Source of the DNA: Candidatus Bathyarchaeia archaeon
GTDB lineage: Archaea > Thermoproteota > Bathyarchaeia > Bathyarchaeales > Bathycorpusculaceae
Length of the DNA stretch: 64,000 nt
Direction of reading: 5' to 3'
Assembly (NCBI GenBank): GCA_049515895.1
Contig: JBEKTQ010000010.1
Span: 1-64,000, forward strand
In this document: piece after piece, positions 48,618 through 59,510 of the stretch
Numbering within the stretch: position 1 is the stretch's first letter
How the letters are laid out: each line of letters starts with the position of its first letter
Made by a program: the position numbers and the translations under genes
Notes under the pieces: generated by a model
The model's input: only the letters and a program-made list of their open reading frames with translations
What the model was told of the DNA's origin: nothing
Database searches by the model: none

Positions 48618-49238
48618 ATGCATATGCCCTATAAATTTAACTTCGACCTGTCAAAGGTCCCGCTTTTCTTCTTCACCGAAATTGCGACTGTTAGTTACCA
48701 AAAGGGCATGCATAAAACGCTAATTAGAAAATTGCAAGAAATTATTTTAAAGTTTAGAATACAAGAAGCCACTGGACTTAATCTTTCTGATTCCTTAGTT
48801 TTACTTCAGGATCTGATTGATTTACAAGCAGTAAACATGATAGAGCGACGCAAATTCTTACAGACCAAGAAAAGAGCTCTCTTTCTTTCTCACTGCACAA
48901 GAAAGTACTTAGATGGCCGTTGCAAAGCAGTTTTTAACTCAAATATCCCGTCCTATTCATGCACTCATTGTTCAGAAGACTGCCTAGTTAACCAGTCTGA
49001 CCGCTTGGCTCGACAAAAGGGATACGACGTTTACGTGGTGCCGGGTGGTTCCTGTATTCCCAAAATTCTGAAAAATACACGTTACGAAGGCGTGGTGGGA
49101 ATTGCATGTGGAGAAGAAATGAAAGTTTTAGGGCCTCTCTTGAACAGTTTGGATGTGGCTGGACAAGCTATACCGTTGCTAAAAAATGGCTGTGCAAACA
49201 CCGTTTTTAACATGGAAACGCTCGTAAAAGTTCTCTAG
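48618..49238 (+). CDS. DUF116 family protein
   Basis: HC..KY...C, CTHCSEDC, PGGSC, GIAC, PLLKNGC. Confidence 0.8.
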   Translation: MHMPYKFNFDLSKVPLFFFTEIATVSYQKGMHKTLIRKLQEIILKFRIQEATGLNLSDSLVLLQDLIDLQAVNMIERRKFLQTKKRALFLSHCTRKYLDGRCKAVFNSNIPSYSCTHCSEDCLVNQSDRLARQKGYDVYVVPGGSCIPKILKNTRYEGVVGIACGEEMKVLGPLLNSLDVAGQAIPLLKNGCANTVFNMETLVKVL

Positions 49239-49331
49239 TTCACGCTTTATACGTGCTAAAACAAAACTGCGTTTCTATATGCGAATGCAAGGGATATTTT
49301 TTTAAGTTTGGCTCTTTATTCATCTTGAATT

Positions 49332-49946
49332 ATGCCCTATAAGTTTACTTTCGACATTTCCAAGGCTCCACAACACTTTTTCATAGAACTTGCCGTTGTC
49401 AGCAATCAAATGGGGATGCAGAAGGTTTTAGAGAAAACCCTTCAGTCATTAATCAGAAAATTCAGAATCCAGGAAGTTTCGGGACTTGACATCCAAGATG
49501 CCGTGGTGTTGATTCAAGATCTCATCAAAATGCAAACTTTGAATTTGATACAAAAACAGGAATTTTTGCGGACCGGGAAAAGAGCTCTGTTGCTTCCCCA
49601 CTGCAGTAGAAAATACATGGACAGCCGATGCAAAGCCGTTTTTGATACAAACTTGACCTCCTACGTTTGCAGTCATTGCTCACCTGATTGTTATGTCAAC
49701 AAGGCGGAACGTATTGCACGAGAAAAAGGATACGACGTTTACGTACTATCTGGTGGTTCTTGCATGCCTAATATTTTGAAGCAGAGAAAGTACGAGGGCG
49801 TTGTGGGAGTTGCATGCGGTCCAGAAGTTGTCATGTCTGGCGAAAAGTTGAGCAGTATAGGCGTGGCTTGGCAATCTGTACCATTGTTAAAGAACGGCTG
49901 TGCAAACACCATTTTTAATATGGAAACACTCGTGAAAGTGCTCTAA
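49332..49946 (+). CDS. DUF116 family protein (tandem paralog)
   Basis: Same Cys pattern and a near-identical C-terminus. Confidence 0.8.
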   Translation: MPYKFTFDISKAPQHFFIELAVVSNQMGMQKVLEKTLQSLIRKFRIQEVSGLDIQDAVVLIQDLIKMQTLNLIQKQEFLRTGKRALLLPHCSRKYMDSRCKAVFDTNLTSYVCSHCSPDCYVNKAERIAREKGYDVYVLSGGSCMPNILKQRKYEGVVGVACGPEVVMSGEKLSSIGVAWQSVPLLKNGCANTIFNMETLVKVL

Positions 49947-50131
49947 TCCGATTGCCTTCGAATCCTTTGCAATGGATTTTGCTGCAACCATTTCAGTTAC
50001 TGCAAATTCTTCAATCACTCGGAGACCCCTATTATAAAAAGTGGTATGGTTTAGTTTTCAAAAATCAGATAACAACATTAATATAACAAAAATCTTTAAG
50101 CTCCAAGTTAACACGCTAGGAGGACTATCTA

Positions 50132-50539
50132 ATGGCACATAAAAAAGTTGAAACAAAAACTAAAAAAGTTGAGTTCAAACGAGTTAGTTCGCCTAAAGCG
50201 ACAAAAACTTCACACTACGCTTTTTTGACCATCGAGATTACACTTGACGGAGAACCTGACCAAGATTGGATAGAGTGCTTCAAGAATCCTGCAACTTTTA
50301 TTCCAGATGAGGCGCATCCGTTTAACGCCTCTGTCATCGGTAACCGTATCACTTTTACATCATTTCGGACCAATGTTAGAACTAATGTGGTATGGATGGA
50401 CAAATACATACAGCAAGCAAATGAATGTTACAAAACCATGGATGCTATGTATACTGCAGAAGAAAAAAACCGACAAAAAAGAGAGCAAGCCGAGCAGGAA
50501 GAGCTTGACAAAATAAACGAAATGCTCAAAGACCTTTAG
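50132..50539 (+). CDS. Hypothetical protein
   Basis: GGAGG RBS and ctttaag TATA-like element upstream; 135 aa. Confidence 0.65.
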   Translation: MAHKKVETKTKKVEFKRVSSPKATKTSHYAFLTIEITLDGEPDQDWIECFKNPATFIPDEAHPFNASVIGNRITFTSFRTNVRTNVVWMDKYIQQANECYKTMDAMYTAEEKNRQKREQAEQEELDKINEMLKDL

Positions 50540-50896
50540 CCATTTTTCTTAACTTTTTTCCATCCTAAACTAAGTAGCTTAATGGCGGTCAGTAACCTCA
50601 ACAAACTTGACAGTATCGAGTTTAAGCCAGCCCTAAATCCAGCATCACTCAAAATAACTATGAATTAGCCCGCAAGGATCCTTAGATATCCGCTCTCCCT
50701 TTTTAACAATGAAATACAGCTGTTCACGGTTTAGTTGTGGCTGACATCAAAATCCATGAACTGATTACAAAAACCTAGAAGACTTGACTTTTCACAAGAG
50801 TTTCAGTTCTTAAAACATATAGTGCCTAAAACCATAAATCAGAAAATAAGTAAAATAAGAAAAGTAATATGACTTTTTTTAACCTACAAGTTTAAC

Positions 50897-51058
50897 TTAC
50901 TTTACTATTTCTCGTTTCTTCCAGCGTAGGTTTTTGCCTTTGCATTTTCTGCATTTAGTTGCGGTCTCGGCGTTTCTTGCACCGCAGTCTCTGCAGATTT
51001 TCATGTAAAGCCTGTGCTTCTGCGCGATGGCTTTTTTAACTGGATCTAATATCGGCAT
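50897..51058 (-). CDS. rpl40e: 50S ribosomal protein L40e (absent from the ORF track)
   Basis: Manual translation: MPILDPVKKAIAQKHRLYMKICRDCGARNAETATKCRKCKGKNLRWKKREIVK*. Confidence 0.95.
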   Translation of the reverse strand: MPILDPVKKAIAQKHRLYMKICRDCGARNAETATKCRKCKGKNLRWKKREIVK

Positions 51059-51152
51059 TTTGTTGTTGACCTTCCATTTTGGCTAAGTCTTTGATGCTTA
51101 AGTATCAAATATACCTTTTTGTCCCAGCCTGCAATTTGCCAAAAGAAGAGTG

Positions 51153-51620
51153 CTATTTGATTTCTTCAATTGTGACGTAAGATCGTGTATCTTCAATTCC
51201 GTCGATGCTGTACAGTTTCTTCAGGACATCATCTAAGTTGTCTCGCTCGACGATGATCAAGGCGTCTACTTCTCCAGCTATTCGGAAAGCTCTGGAAACA
51301 GCAAGCTCTCGGATTTGGTCATAAACGTGTATGCGTTTGAATGGTGAAACTTTCAGGAGGATAAAAGCGGGGGTTGTGGATATCCCCAAAGCGTTTAACC
51401 CTTTGTCGGTGACGTCTATGAAGCCTCTGCCGGTGCGGATGTAACCGCGGCTTTTGAGTTTACGCAGATGCACGTTTAACGCTTGCCTACTTACGCCTAA
51501 TTGGCTTGATAACTCGTCTTGTTTCACTCTCAGCGTGTACGTGTTTGTGGATTTTCCTTTTTCATAGAGAGTTTTTAAAAGCTGTATCGAACGTTTAGTT
51601 AGTGGTTCCAAATTGGTCAC
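51153..51620 (-). CDS. Lrp/AsnC-like regulator
   Basis: HTH QDELSSQLGVSRQAL; C-terminal IAGEVD...IDGIEDTRSY. Confidence 0.8.
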   Translation of the reverse strand: MTNLEPLTKRSIQLLKTLYEKGKSTNTYTLRVKQDELSSQLGVSRQALNVHLRKLKSRGYIRTGRGFIDVTDKGLNALGISTTPAFILLKVSPFKRIHVYDQIRELAVSRAFRIAGEVDALIIVERDNLDDVLKKLYSIDGIEDTRSYVTIEEIK

Positions 51621-51885
51621 TTTAGTGATGTTTTGTTAAGTTAAACCTTTACAATAGTGAGAGGTTGCTTAAATAATTTAATGCCTAAAATCAAGCAAAA
51701 GAGTTAGCGCTCAAAAAGATTGAGAGACAACTAATCATCACTGATTAAAAAACTGCAAAACTCCCGTCTAAAAAACTAATTTGCAAATTACACCGGGAAG
51801 ATACAGCTTGCACCACAACCTATTTATTTTTAAAGAAATCTTTACTGAAGCCACTTAAAAAGTGAACTAGGAGTGAAGCGAGGGC

Positions 51886-52164
51886 GTGCCCGAAGTCAAC
51901 GCGGTCTTAATTGGAAAAAAACCAATAATGAACTATGTCCTTGCATGCATCACGTTCTTCCATGGCGGAGCAAAAGAAGTAAGCATTAAAGCACGGGGGA
52001 GATCCATCTGCCGAGCAATAGATGTGGCGGAAGTTCTCAGGCACAGGTTTCTCCCAGACGTAAAGATCAAGAGCATCGGAATCGGAACGGACCTACTGCT
52101 GTCACAAGAGGAAGGTAACTCAGCGACTAACGTGAGCACAATTGAAATAATGTTGATGAGGTAG
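51886..52164 (+). CDS. albA: DNA/RNA-binding protein Alba
   Basis: [22 protein letters not shown]. Confidence 0.95.
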   Translation: MPEVNAVLIGKKPIMNYVLACITFFHGGAKEVSIKARGRSICRAIDVAEVLRHRFLPDVKIKSIGIGTDLLLSQEEGNSATNVSTIEIMLMR

Positions 52165-52188
52165 TTACGCGACAGCAACACTCCTTAT

Positions 52189-52719
52189 TTGCAGGAAAAA
52201 AGACACGCAATGAAAACCGAACTATGCAGTTTCTGCTTGAAAAGCGGAATGTTATGTCAGAAGTGTTCAGCTAAAGTTAAAGCTGGCGAGATCAGCGAGG
52301 TAGACTTGAAAATCGCACGTTTACTTTTGTCCCTTGAAGACAAGTATCCTAGCCTGCAAAACGTTTGCTTCTACAAGGCGGTTGACGTAGAGAAAACCTT
52401 AGCAATCATCGTTGGTCACGGGGACGTTCCTAAACTTTTAGGTTATAGTGGAAAAATCGTGAAGACAATAGGCGATGAAACAGGCAAGAACGTTAAAGTT
52501 TTAGAAAACGGGGTAGATGACCGCAAATTCCTCGAAGACCTGTTCATACCCTTTAGCATATTAACAATCAACACCATTTGGCTTCCAGACGGCACAACGG
52601 AGACAAGAGTAATTCTTAAACGCAAACGTGGCGCACAAATGCCTTATGACCTTAAGGCTTTAAAAGAAATCGCTAGTAAAGTACGTAAAATGTCCTTACG
52701 CGTTGAAGTCTCGGATTAA
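52189..52719 (+). CDS. NusA-like KH protein with an N-terminal Cys motif
   Basis: CSFCLKSGMLCQKC and a KH-like LLG..GKIVK; located upstream of aspS. Confidence 0.75.
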   Translation: MQEKRHAMKTELCSFCLKSGMLCQKCSAKVKAGEISEVDLKIARLLLSLEDKYPSLQNVCFYKAVDVEKTLAIIVGHGDVPKLLGYSGKIVKTIGDETGKNVKVLENGVDDRKFLEDLFIPFSILTINTIWLPDGTTETRVILKRKRGAQMPYDLKALKEIASKVRKMSLRVEVSD

Positions 52720-52722
52720 GGA

Positions 52723-54054
52723 TTGGCGATTAGCATGAATTTGGACTCTATCGGCGACTGGAGTAGAACTCACTGTACAAGCCATGTAACCCCTGAAATG
52801 GACGGGGCTGAAGTAACACTTTTCGGTTGGGTTCAAGAAATCCGTGACCTAGGCGGAATACGTTTTATCATATTGCAGGACCGAGAAGGAACCATTCAAG
52901 TCACTATCCCGAAAAAAAGGATCCTGCCCGAAGTTCTCGCTAAATCAGACTTTTTGCAGAAAAGATTCAGCTTAGCTGTGAAAGGAACAGTTAAAAAGAC
53001 AAGCATGACACCCCGAGGCGTCGAAGTTATCCCAAACGCTATTAAAATCTTAAGCGCAGCAACAGAACAGTTGCCAATTGATATAACCGGAAAAACGCCA
53101 GCCAACATAGAAGCAAGGCTTGACGCAAGGGCGCTTGATCTTTCTTTAGAAAAAAGTTTAGCTCCCTTTAAAATTCAGCACATAGCTCTTGAAGCTATCC
53201 GAGGTTACCTGTTTGAGAAGGGATTTTTAGAAGTTCACACACCACGCATTATTGCTTCCGCGACGGAAGGCGGCGCGGAGCTCTTCAGTGTTGACTATTT
53301 TGGTCAAAAAGCCTTCCTTGCACAGAGCCCGCAACTCTATAAAGAAGAATTAACGATGAGCTTCGAGAAGGTTTTCGAAGTTGGCCCGTTTTTCAGGGCG
53401 GAAGAATCGCACACTCGCAGGCACTTGAGCGAGTTCACATCTGTAGACATAGAGGAGGCTTTTGCGAACGCCCAAGATGTCATGCATCTTCTTGAGCAAG
53501 TAATACACCACGCGTGCATTACCGTAAGGACGAATTGTAAAGCTGAACTTTCTGTCCTTAAATATAAGTTTGAAGTGCCTGAAATCCCGTTTAAACGCTT
53601 AACATACGACCAGGTTCTTGACGACCTCAAAGCTCGGGGCGTTACAATTCCATGGGGCGAAGACATCCCAACCGAAGCTTTCAGGGAACTTGGGAAACTC
53701 TACCCTTACTTTTATTTCATAACTGACTGGCCCACGCGTACAAAGGCTTTCTACATCAAACCGCGCGTTGAAAAGCCTGAAGTTTGCGAAGGCTTCGATT
53801 TGATGTGGCGTTACATTGAGCTTGTTTCGGGTGGAACAAGAATTTCCAGCAAAGAGCAGTTGATGGAAAGGATGAGTGAAAAGGGATTGAACCCTGAATC
53901 TTTCAAGCATCACCTGCAAGCGTTCGATTACGGTATGCCCCCGCACGCTGGATGGGCTATCGGGCTCGAACGGTTAACGATGATTATGACGGGCAAGAAG
54001 AACATCCGAGAAGTAACTCTTTACCCTCGTGACAGAGTCAGATTAACGCCATAA
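52723..54054 (+). CDS. aspS: Aspartyl-tRNA synthetase, probably non-discriminating
   Basis: QSPQLYK, FRAE, GMPPHAG, GLER; GWVQ and the loop Pro (TPRG). Confidence 0.95.
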   Translation: MAISMNLDSIGDWSRTHCTSHVTPEMDGAEVTLFGWVQEIRDLGGIRFIILQDREGTIQVTIPKKRILPEVLAKSDFLQKRFSLAVKGTVKKTSMTPRGVEVIPNAIKILSAATEQLPIDITGKTPANIEARLDARALDLSLEKSLAPFKIQHIALEAIRGYLFEKGFLEVHTPRIIASATEGGAELFSVDYFGQKAFLAQSPQLYKEELTMSFEKVFEVGPFFRAEESHTRRHLSEFTSVDIEEAFANAQDVMHLLEQVIHHACITVRTNCKAELSVLKYKFEVPEIPFKRLTYDQVLDDLKARGVTIPWGEDIPTEAFRELGKLYPYFYFITDWPTRTKAFYIKPRVEKPEVCEGFDLMWRYIELVSGGTRISSKEQLMERMSEKGLNPESFKHHLQAFDYGMPPHAGWAIGLERLTMIMTGKKNIREVTLYPRDRVRLTP

Positions 54055-54174
54055 ACAGTTGCGATTTGCTTGCTTTTTCTGGGTTTTCGGTCACAAATAG
54101 TGAAGTACATAGTAGAGCCGGTTGCGGCGTTTGTGGCTTGGTTTTCGGTCTTTTTCGATTTAAGTCTCGCTGGT

Positions 54175-55641
54175 TCAGCGCCTAGAGTGTTCATAGAGCT
54201 CTTTTATGTATTCGTTGACTGTTTTGCCATGTTTTTTCGCTACCCTCTTCACAGCGTCATTTATGCCTGTGGAGTACTGAACGGCTTTCTTGGGCTTATC
54301 CGCGACTGAACTGGGCATACCAACGTTTAACGCAACCCTGCGCAAGACCAGCTTTCTTAGCGTGTCTGGTCTGGGTTCAATTTTGCACTCAATCGGCAGA
54401 TTAACCGCAAACTCGGCAATGTTAAACGAAGCGAAAGGCAGACGCAATTCAATATCATGATAGCTTGTGATTTTTAGGTCACGTTCAAGGTTGCTAAGGT
54501 ATATGTTAACCACATCATGAAACATTGTTCTTAGGACTTTTTCGCTGCCTTCCTTGCAGTATTCGTTGACGTAGCGTTGATAGCCCCCGAAAAGTTCATC
54601 CGCGCCTTGCCCAGCCAAAACTACGTGGAAACCTGCTTCAGCTGCCTTCTCTGCCGTCCAGAAAAACGGCAAGCCGATGCTGGCTTTAATCGGGTCAGCT
54701 TCCTCAATCAGTTCCACGACTTCGGGTAAGGTTTTTTCCACGTCAGAATCTTTGTAAAGGTGCACCTGAAGCGGCAGATTCAACTGTTCTGAGGCCGCGA
54801 TAGCTTGTTCGGTTTCAGCCTGATTTTCCATGCTTACATACAACAGGTTTACTTTCATTTTGAGTTTGCTTGCCAAATACGCGACTAGGCTGCTGTCTAA
54901 GCCGCCTGAAAATGCCACCATTACTTCTTTTACATCGTGTATCCGGCGCCTGATCGACTCTTCAATGAGTGCTTGAAGCTTTCGGGCTGCATCATCCAAA
55001 GTAATAGGATTGGGTGCTGAGAAACTAAGGCTCTTGACTTGTTTGAATTGGAAGCCGTTGCGGTTTATGAAGGCGAGGTTTCCTGGCGGAAAAGAAGCTG
55101 GTTTTTCTATGCCCAGTTTCCAGAGTGCCTTTCGGTTTGTAGCAACCGCGGCGACGTCTTGGTTTTCGCCGTAATAGAGAGGTTGAACCCCTATAGGGTC
55201 TCTTCCAGCCGCAAACCAGTCGGTTCCGAGCATAAGAAACGAGTAGTCCCCATCAGCTTTTTCGATGAGTGTTTGTAGGATGGTTTCGCAGTGCTCAGGT
55301 TCAATGGTAAGCTGATGTAACACGTCGGCTTTGGAAAGAGGCGAGTAAACTTTTCCTTGGAAAACAAGCGCTGCGGCATCCAACTGCAAAAATTCATAGC
55401 CTTTTGCGGCTGGTTTTGAAGAAGCATATCCAACGAATGTTGAAGATTCAGAGCTTTGTTTAACAAGAAGGTCTGGTTTCTCGTCAAGAACGCGTTTTCG
55501 TGGCCCAACCAACCCGAAATAAGAAGGTTGTAGTACACCAAACTCCGTTAGCACTTCGAGAACTTTGTTAGCCACGTTATTGCCTTGTTTGTCCATTACC
55601 CCAATAGTCACTTTCACGATTAATTCCTCGGTTCCAGTCAC
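54175..55641 (-). CDS. Asparagine synthetase B-like protein
   Basis: RDPIGVQPLY, FSGGLDSS, GQGADELFGGY; no N-terminal Cys1. Confidence 0.8.
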   Translation of the reverse strand: MTGTEELIVKVTIGVMDKQGNNVANKVLEVLTEFGVLQPSYFGLVGPRKRVLDEKPDLLVKQSSESSTFVGYASSKPAAKGYEFLQLDAAALVFQGKVYSPLSKADVLHQLTIEPEHCETILQTLIEKADGDYSFLMLGTDWFAAGRDPIGVQPLYYGENQDVAAVATNRKALWKLGIEKPASFPPGNLAFINRNGFQFKQVKSLSFSAPNPITLDDAARKLQALIEESIRRRIHDVKEVMVAFSGGLDSSLVAYLASKLKMKVNLLYVSMENQAETEQAIAASEQLNLPLQVHLYKDSDVEKTLPEVVELIEEADPIKASIGLPFFWTAEKAAEAGFHVVLAGQGADELFGGYQRYVNEYCKEGSEKVLRTMFHDVVNIYLSNLERDLKITSYHDIELRLPFASFNIAEFAVNLPIECKIEPRPDTLRKLVLRRVALNVGMPSSVADKPKKAVQYSTGINDAVKRVAKKHGKTVNEYIKELYEHSRR

Positions 55642-55958
55642 ATTCTAAGTTGCCCCGCTGAGCATTAATTGCTTATGCTTTTCCAATTTTTGTGTGACTT
55701 GCCATTTAGAAAAACAAAAGCTTCTTCTACTCTGAGTGGAGCACAATTGACAATTACACTATCGGTTTAACAAACCCAAGTAAAACGGAAAATGCCCAAA
55801 GAAGATTTACCTCAGACTAATCCGTGTTTCTAAAATTTTGCTCTCCAAGAGTTCTACCAATGAGTGTAAAGACGGCGTAGGTGCTATAAGCTTTTATACG
55901 TATGTTGATGAAAGATGTTAAAATAAACTATACCGCTTGCCGTGAGGATATAGGTTAA

Positions 55959-58900
55959 ATGCCCTACATAAAAAAAATCGAGTTGAAAGGGTTCAAATCG
56001 TTTGGGCCACAGACCATCAAAATATCCTTAGACAAAGGATTCACAGCTTTAACTGGTCCGAACGGAAGCGGAAAATCCAACATCATCGACGCCGTGCTTT
56101 TCTCACTTGGCGAATTAAGTACAAGGAGGCTTCGCGCTGAAAGTGCTGCCCACTTGATTTTTCACGGTTCAGACAAAGCTGGGCAAGAAAAAGCCAAAAT
56201 GGCGAAAGTAGTCATCCAATTTGACAATTCAGACGGAACGATGCCCGTTGACACCACCACGGTGACTATTTCCCGTGAGGTTTTCAAGAACGGTCAAAGC
56301 GTTTACCGGTTAAACGGCAGAAGAATGTCAAGGGCTTATATCACCGAAACCCTGTCAATGAGCTCGATAAGCAGCATGAGCCAAAACATCATCCCCCAAG
56401 GCACGCTGACAAGGCTGACAGAAATCAACTCTCTTGAACGACGAAAAATAATCGAAGACCTCGTCGGCATAGGCCAATATGACTCCGAAAAAGTTGAAGC
56501 AGAAGAAAAACTCCGAACAGCAGACATATCAATCCGCACCGCCATGGGACGAATAGACGAAGTCCAGAAACGCCTCGACGATTTGGAACGTGAACGAAAC
56601 CAACTATTACGCTACAACTTCATTCAAGCAGAAACGAAAAAGTTTCAAGCCATCAAAATCTCAAGCGACATCACCCAAGTAAATGCTAAACTAAACGAAG
56701 GCAAAAGCCAAACCGAAAAAGTCCAGGCGAGAGTTGATAAGCTGAAAGAGCAACGTGACCTCCGCAGAGGTAAACGTCATGAGGTTGAGGGTGAATGGCG
56801 CAAGCTCAGCGGCGAAAATCTTGAAGAAGGCGGCTCGCAGGTCCTAAAGGTGCAAATAACAATCGGCGAACTAAAATCCAAATTAACTGAATTGAACACA
56901 AAAATTAATTCTGGCCAAGGCAGCTTGGAAAGCATGAAGCGCATAAGAGAAAACAACCTGGCACAACAGGAAAGTATTCGAAATGAGATACGGGAAAACC
57001 GCCTGAAAATCAGGGCTTGTCGAAGTGAACTTGGGAAAATTCAGGGTACAATGGCTCAAAGGGCGTCTGAACACGACGCGCTGGCGAAACAGACAGCTGA
57101 GCTTTGGGGTGGACTTGACGGTAACAATGAACAAATACGTGCAAAACAGATTCAAATCGATAACCACGTTAAGCGCTTAGCGTATTTGCGTTCGGAATAT
57201 ACCAAAGAAAAAGCAGCACTTCGCCTGTGCACTGGCAGAATCAAAAACTTAACCGTGCGCAAAGAAAGATTCCGTTCGAACTTGGCGGAAATTGAAAAGT
57301 CGCTCGCTGAGCTGGAACAAGTCCAAAAGGATCAGAAAACCCAGCTTAAGAACCTTGAAAATACCATCGAACGCAAAACAACGCAGAAAGAAACAGTTGA
57401 AAAAGAAATCACGGATGCCGAAAAAATAGCTAGTTCAGCTAAAGACGCCGTAGTAGAGTTTGCGACGCAAAGGGATCTTGCAGCAACTATTGCTTCTGAA
57501 GAAAAAGCCCTGAGAAGCATTGAGGAAATGGGCAACGTGGGTGCAATTAACGGAATCCACGGCAGACTGCGCAATTTAATAAAAATTGACAGGAACTATA
57601 AGAAAGCCATTGAGGCAGCGGCGATTGGTTGGCTTGACGCGTTAGTTGTAGCAAATCTCGACTCAGCTTTTACCTGCACCGAAACTCTCAGACGCATGAA
57701 ACTGGGCAGAATAAAGATTATCCCGCTGCAGGGCGCCATAAACCCCAAAAACAAGCCTGTTCCTAGCCGTGAAGGCGTAGTCGGCGCACTCTCGAGTTTC
57801 ATTAAGTACGATAGCAACTACGAGTTGGCTGTGAACTACGTTTTCGGTGATACAATGGTTGTCTCGAACGATAAAGTAGCTTTTGCACTCTCAAATCAAG
57901 GTTACCGCGCCGTCACAATCAACGGTGACTTATACGCATCTGGCGCTTTCGAAAGTGGATACTATCGTTCGCCGATAGATTTCTCAACCATTATCCCAAG
58001 TGAAAACGCCCTGAAAAGTCTGGATGAAGCCGTGAACGCTCTGCAGACGCACCTTACTCAGAGAGGAGATGACATTGCTGGTCTTGAAGAAGAGGTTGAG
58101 CGGTCAAAAATCGAGATGACCCGTCTCGCCGAAGGCATTGCGACGTTAGACCGGGAAATAGTGAGAATCAAACGTAGTGTCAAAAGAACCCAGTTCAATA
58201 TTCGGTACACAGAAAAGTACGGTGGCAAACTTGAGCGTGAAGCTGCATCATATAAGGGTCGCATGGAGGTTTACCGAAACGAGCGGAACAGCATGCGTAG
58301 AGAAGACGAGAAATTGCGTGCGGACATTGCCAATTTAAGGTTGAAAACTGATGTGAAGAATATCCAGGCCCTTGAGATGGAACGAGAAAAACTCGGGGAA
58401 GAAGTAAACAAACTGAAGCAAAACTCCGGGTCAACGCAAACGGAGATTTCAACTTACCAATCACAGTTCGACAGGGTCCTTCGCAACGGGTACAAAAACA
58501 TAAAAATTCAGATAGTTAAGGTCGAGCAGCAGCAGCGAAAACTGGAAAAAGAAGTTGCAGACGCCCTACAGGAACGCGACGCCGTTAAAAAGGAACTTGA
58601 CGAGCTAGAGAAAAGTCGTGTTGAACTGTCTAAAGCCGTGTTTTCTGCAAGGGAAGAATCCAAAAAATTCACCGCTCAAATAGACTCCATCGACGCGGAA
58701 CTACGATTGCTCGATACAGAATATGAGCAGGCAGACCGTCTGCTGAACCAACTGCAACTTACCACAGAAACAAATCAAATACGCTTACAGCAGCTTCAAG
58801 GTCAACTTCGCCAGTTCGGATATGAGCAATCGCAAGAAACTACTCAAAAGCAGGTTGAAGAGGCGGAAACCACCATACGAATGATGCAGTTTGAAATAGA

Positions 58901-59510
58901 AACGATCGGCGCCATAAACCAACTTGCCCTTTCCCATTACGCCGACCAGCTTTCTCGTTACCGAGAGCTTTCAGTGCGCTTGAACGAGTTGGAAAGGGAA
59001 AAGCAAGCCATTGTGCAGTTCATGGATGAAATTGAAGCTAAGAAACGCAAGGTTTTCATGGATGCCTTCGATAAAATCAACAGCAGCCTCAAAGTTTACT
59101 TCTCCAAGCTCACCGGCGGCGGAGAAGCTACAATCAAGCTTGAAAACACAGAAGAACCTTTCTCTGGAGGTATAGACATGATTGTACAGTTCCCGAACAA
59201 GCCATCCATCGTCGTTAGTGGAGCAAGCGGCGGTGAACGCTCAGTTGCGGCAGTTGCGTTCATTTTCTCTTTAAAGGAGTTCACGCCAGCCTCATTCTAC
59301 ATTCTTGACGAGGTCGATGCCCACTTGGATGCTTACCACACGGCGAAACTTGCAGACTTGCTCCTTGAGGAAGCCGCGAAAATGCAGTTTATAGTAATAA
59401 CTCTCAGACCTGAGATGGTCAACAAGGCGCAAAAAGTCTACGGAGTCTACGAGCGCAACGGCGTCTCCAATGTTGTGACGGCAAAGTTCCCGGTGGAGGC
59501 GGCAAGTTAG
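55959..59510 (+). CDS. smc: Chromosome segregation protein SMC
   Basis: GFKSF, GPNGSGKSN, hinge region, SGGE, LDEVDAHLD. Confidence 0.97.
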   Translation: MPYIKKIELKGFKSFGPQTIKISLDKGFTALTGPNGSGKSNIIDAVLFSLGELSTRRLRAESAAHLIFHGSDKAGQEKAKMAKVVIQFDNSDGTMPVDTTTVTISREVFKNGQSVYRLNGRRMSRAYITETLSMSSISSMSQNIIPQGTLTRLTEINSLERRKIIEDLVGIGQYDSEKVEAEEKLRTADISIRTAMGRIDEVQKRLDDLERERNQLLRYNFIQAETKKFQAIKISSDITQVNAKLNEGKSQTEKVQARVDKLKEQRDLRRGKRHEVEGEWRKLSGENLEEGGSQVLKVQITIGELKSKLTELNTKINSGQGSLESMKRIRENNLAQQESIRNEIRENRLKIRACRSELGKIQGTMAQRASEHDALAKQTAELWGGLDGNNEQIRAKQIQIDNHVKRLAYLRSEYTKEKAALRLCTGRIKNLTVRKERFRSNLAEIEKSLAELEQVQKDQKTQLKNLENTIERKTTQKETVEKEITDAEKIASSAKDAVVEFATQRDLAATIASEEKALRSIEEMGNVGAINGIHGRLRNLIKIDRNYKKAIEAAAIGWLDALVVANLDSAFTCTETLRRMKLGRIKIIPLQGAINPKNKPVPSREGVVGALSSFIKYDSNYELAVNYVFGDTMVVSNDKVAFALSNQGYRAVTINGDLYASGAFESGYYRSPIDFSTIIPSENALKSLDEAVNALQTHLTQRGDDIAGLEEEVERSKIEMTRLAEGIATLDREIVRIKRSVKRTQFNIRYTEKYGGKLEREAASYKGRMEVYRNERNSMRREDEKLRADIANLRLKTDVKNIQALEMEREKLGEEVNKLKQNSGSTQTEISTYQSQFDRVLRNGYKNIKIQIVKVEQQQRKLEKEVADALQERDAVKKELDELEKSRVELSKAVFSAREESKKFTAQIDSIDAELRLLDTEYEQADRLLNQLQLTTETNQIRLQQLQGQLRQFGYEQSQETTQKQVEEAETTIRMMQFEIETIGAINQLALSHYADQLSRYRELSVRLNELEREKQAIVQFMDEIEAKKRKVFMDAFDKINSSLKVYFSKLTGGGEATIKLENTEEPFSGGIDMIVQFPNKPSIVVSGASGGERSVAAVAFIFSLKEFTPASFYILDEVDAHLDAYHTAKLADLLLEEAAKMQFIVITLRPEMVNKAQKVYGVYERNGVSNVVTAKFPVEAAS

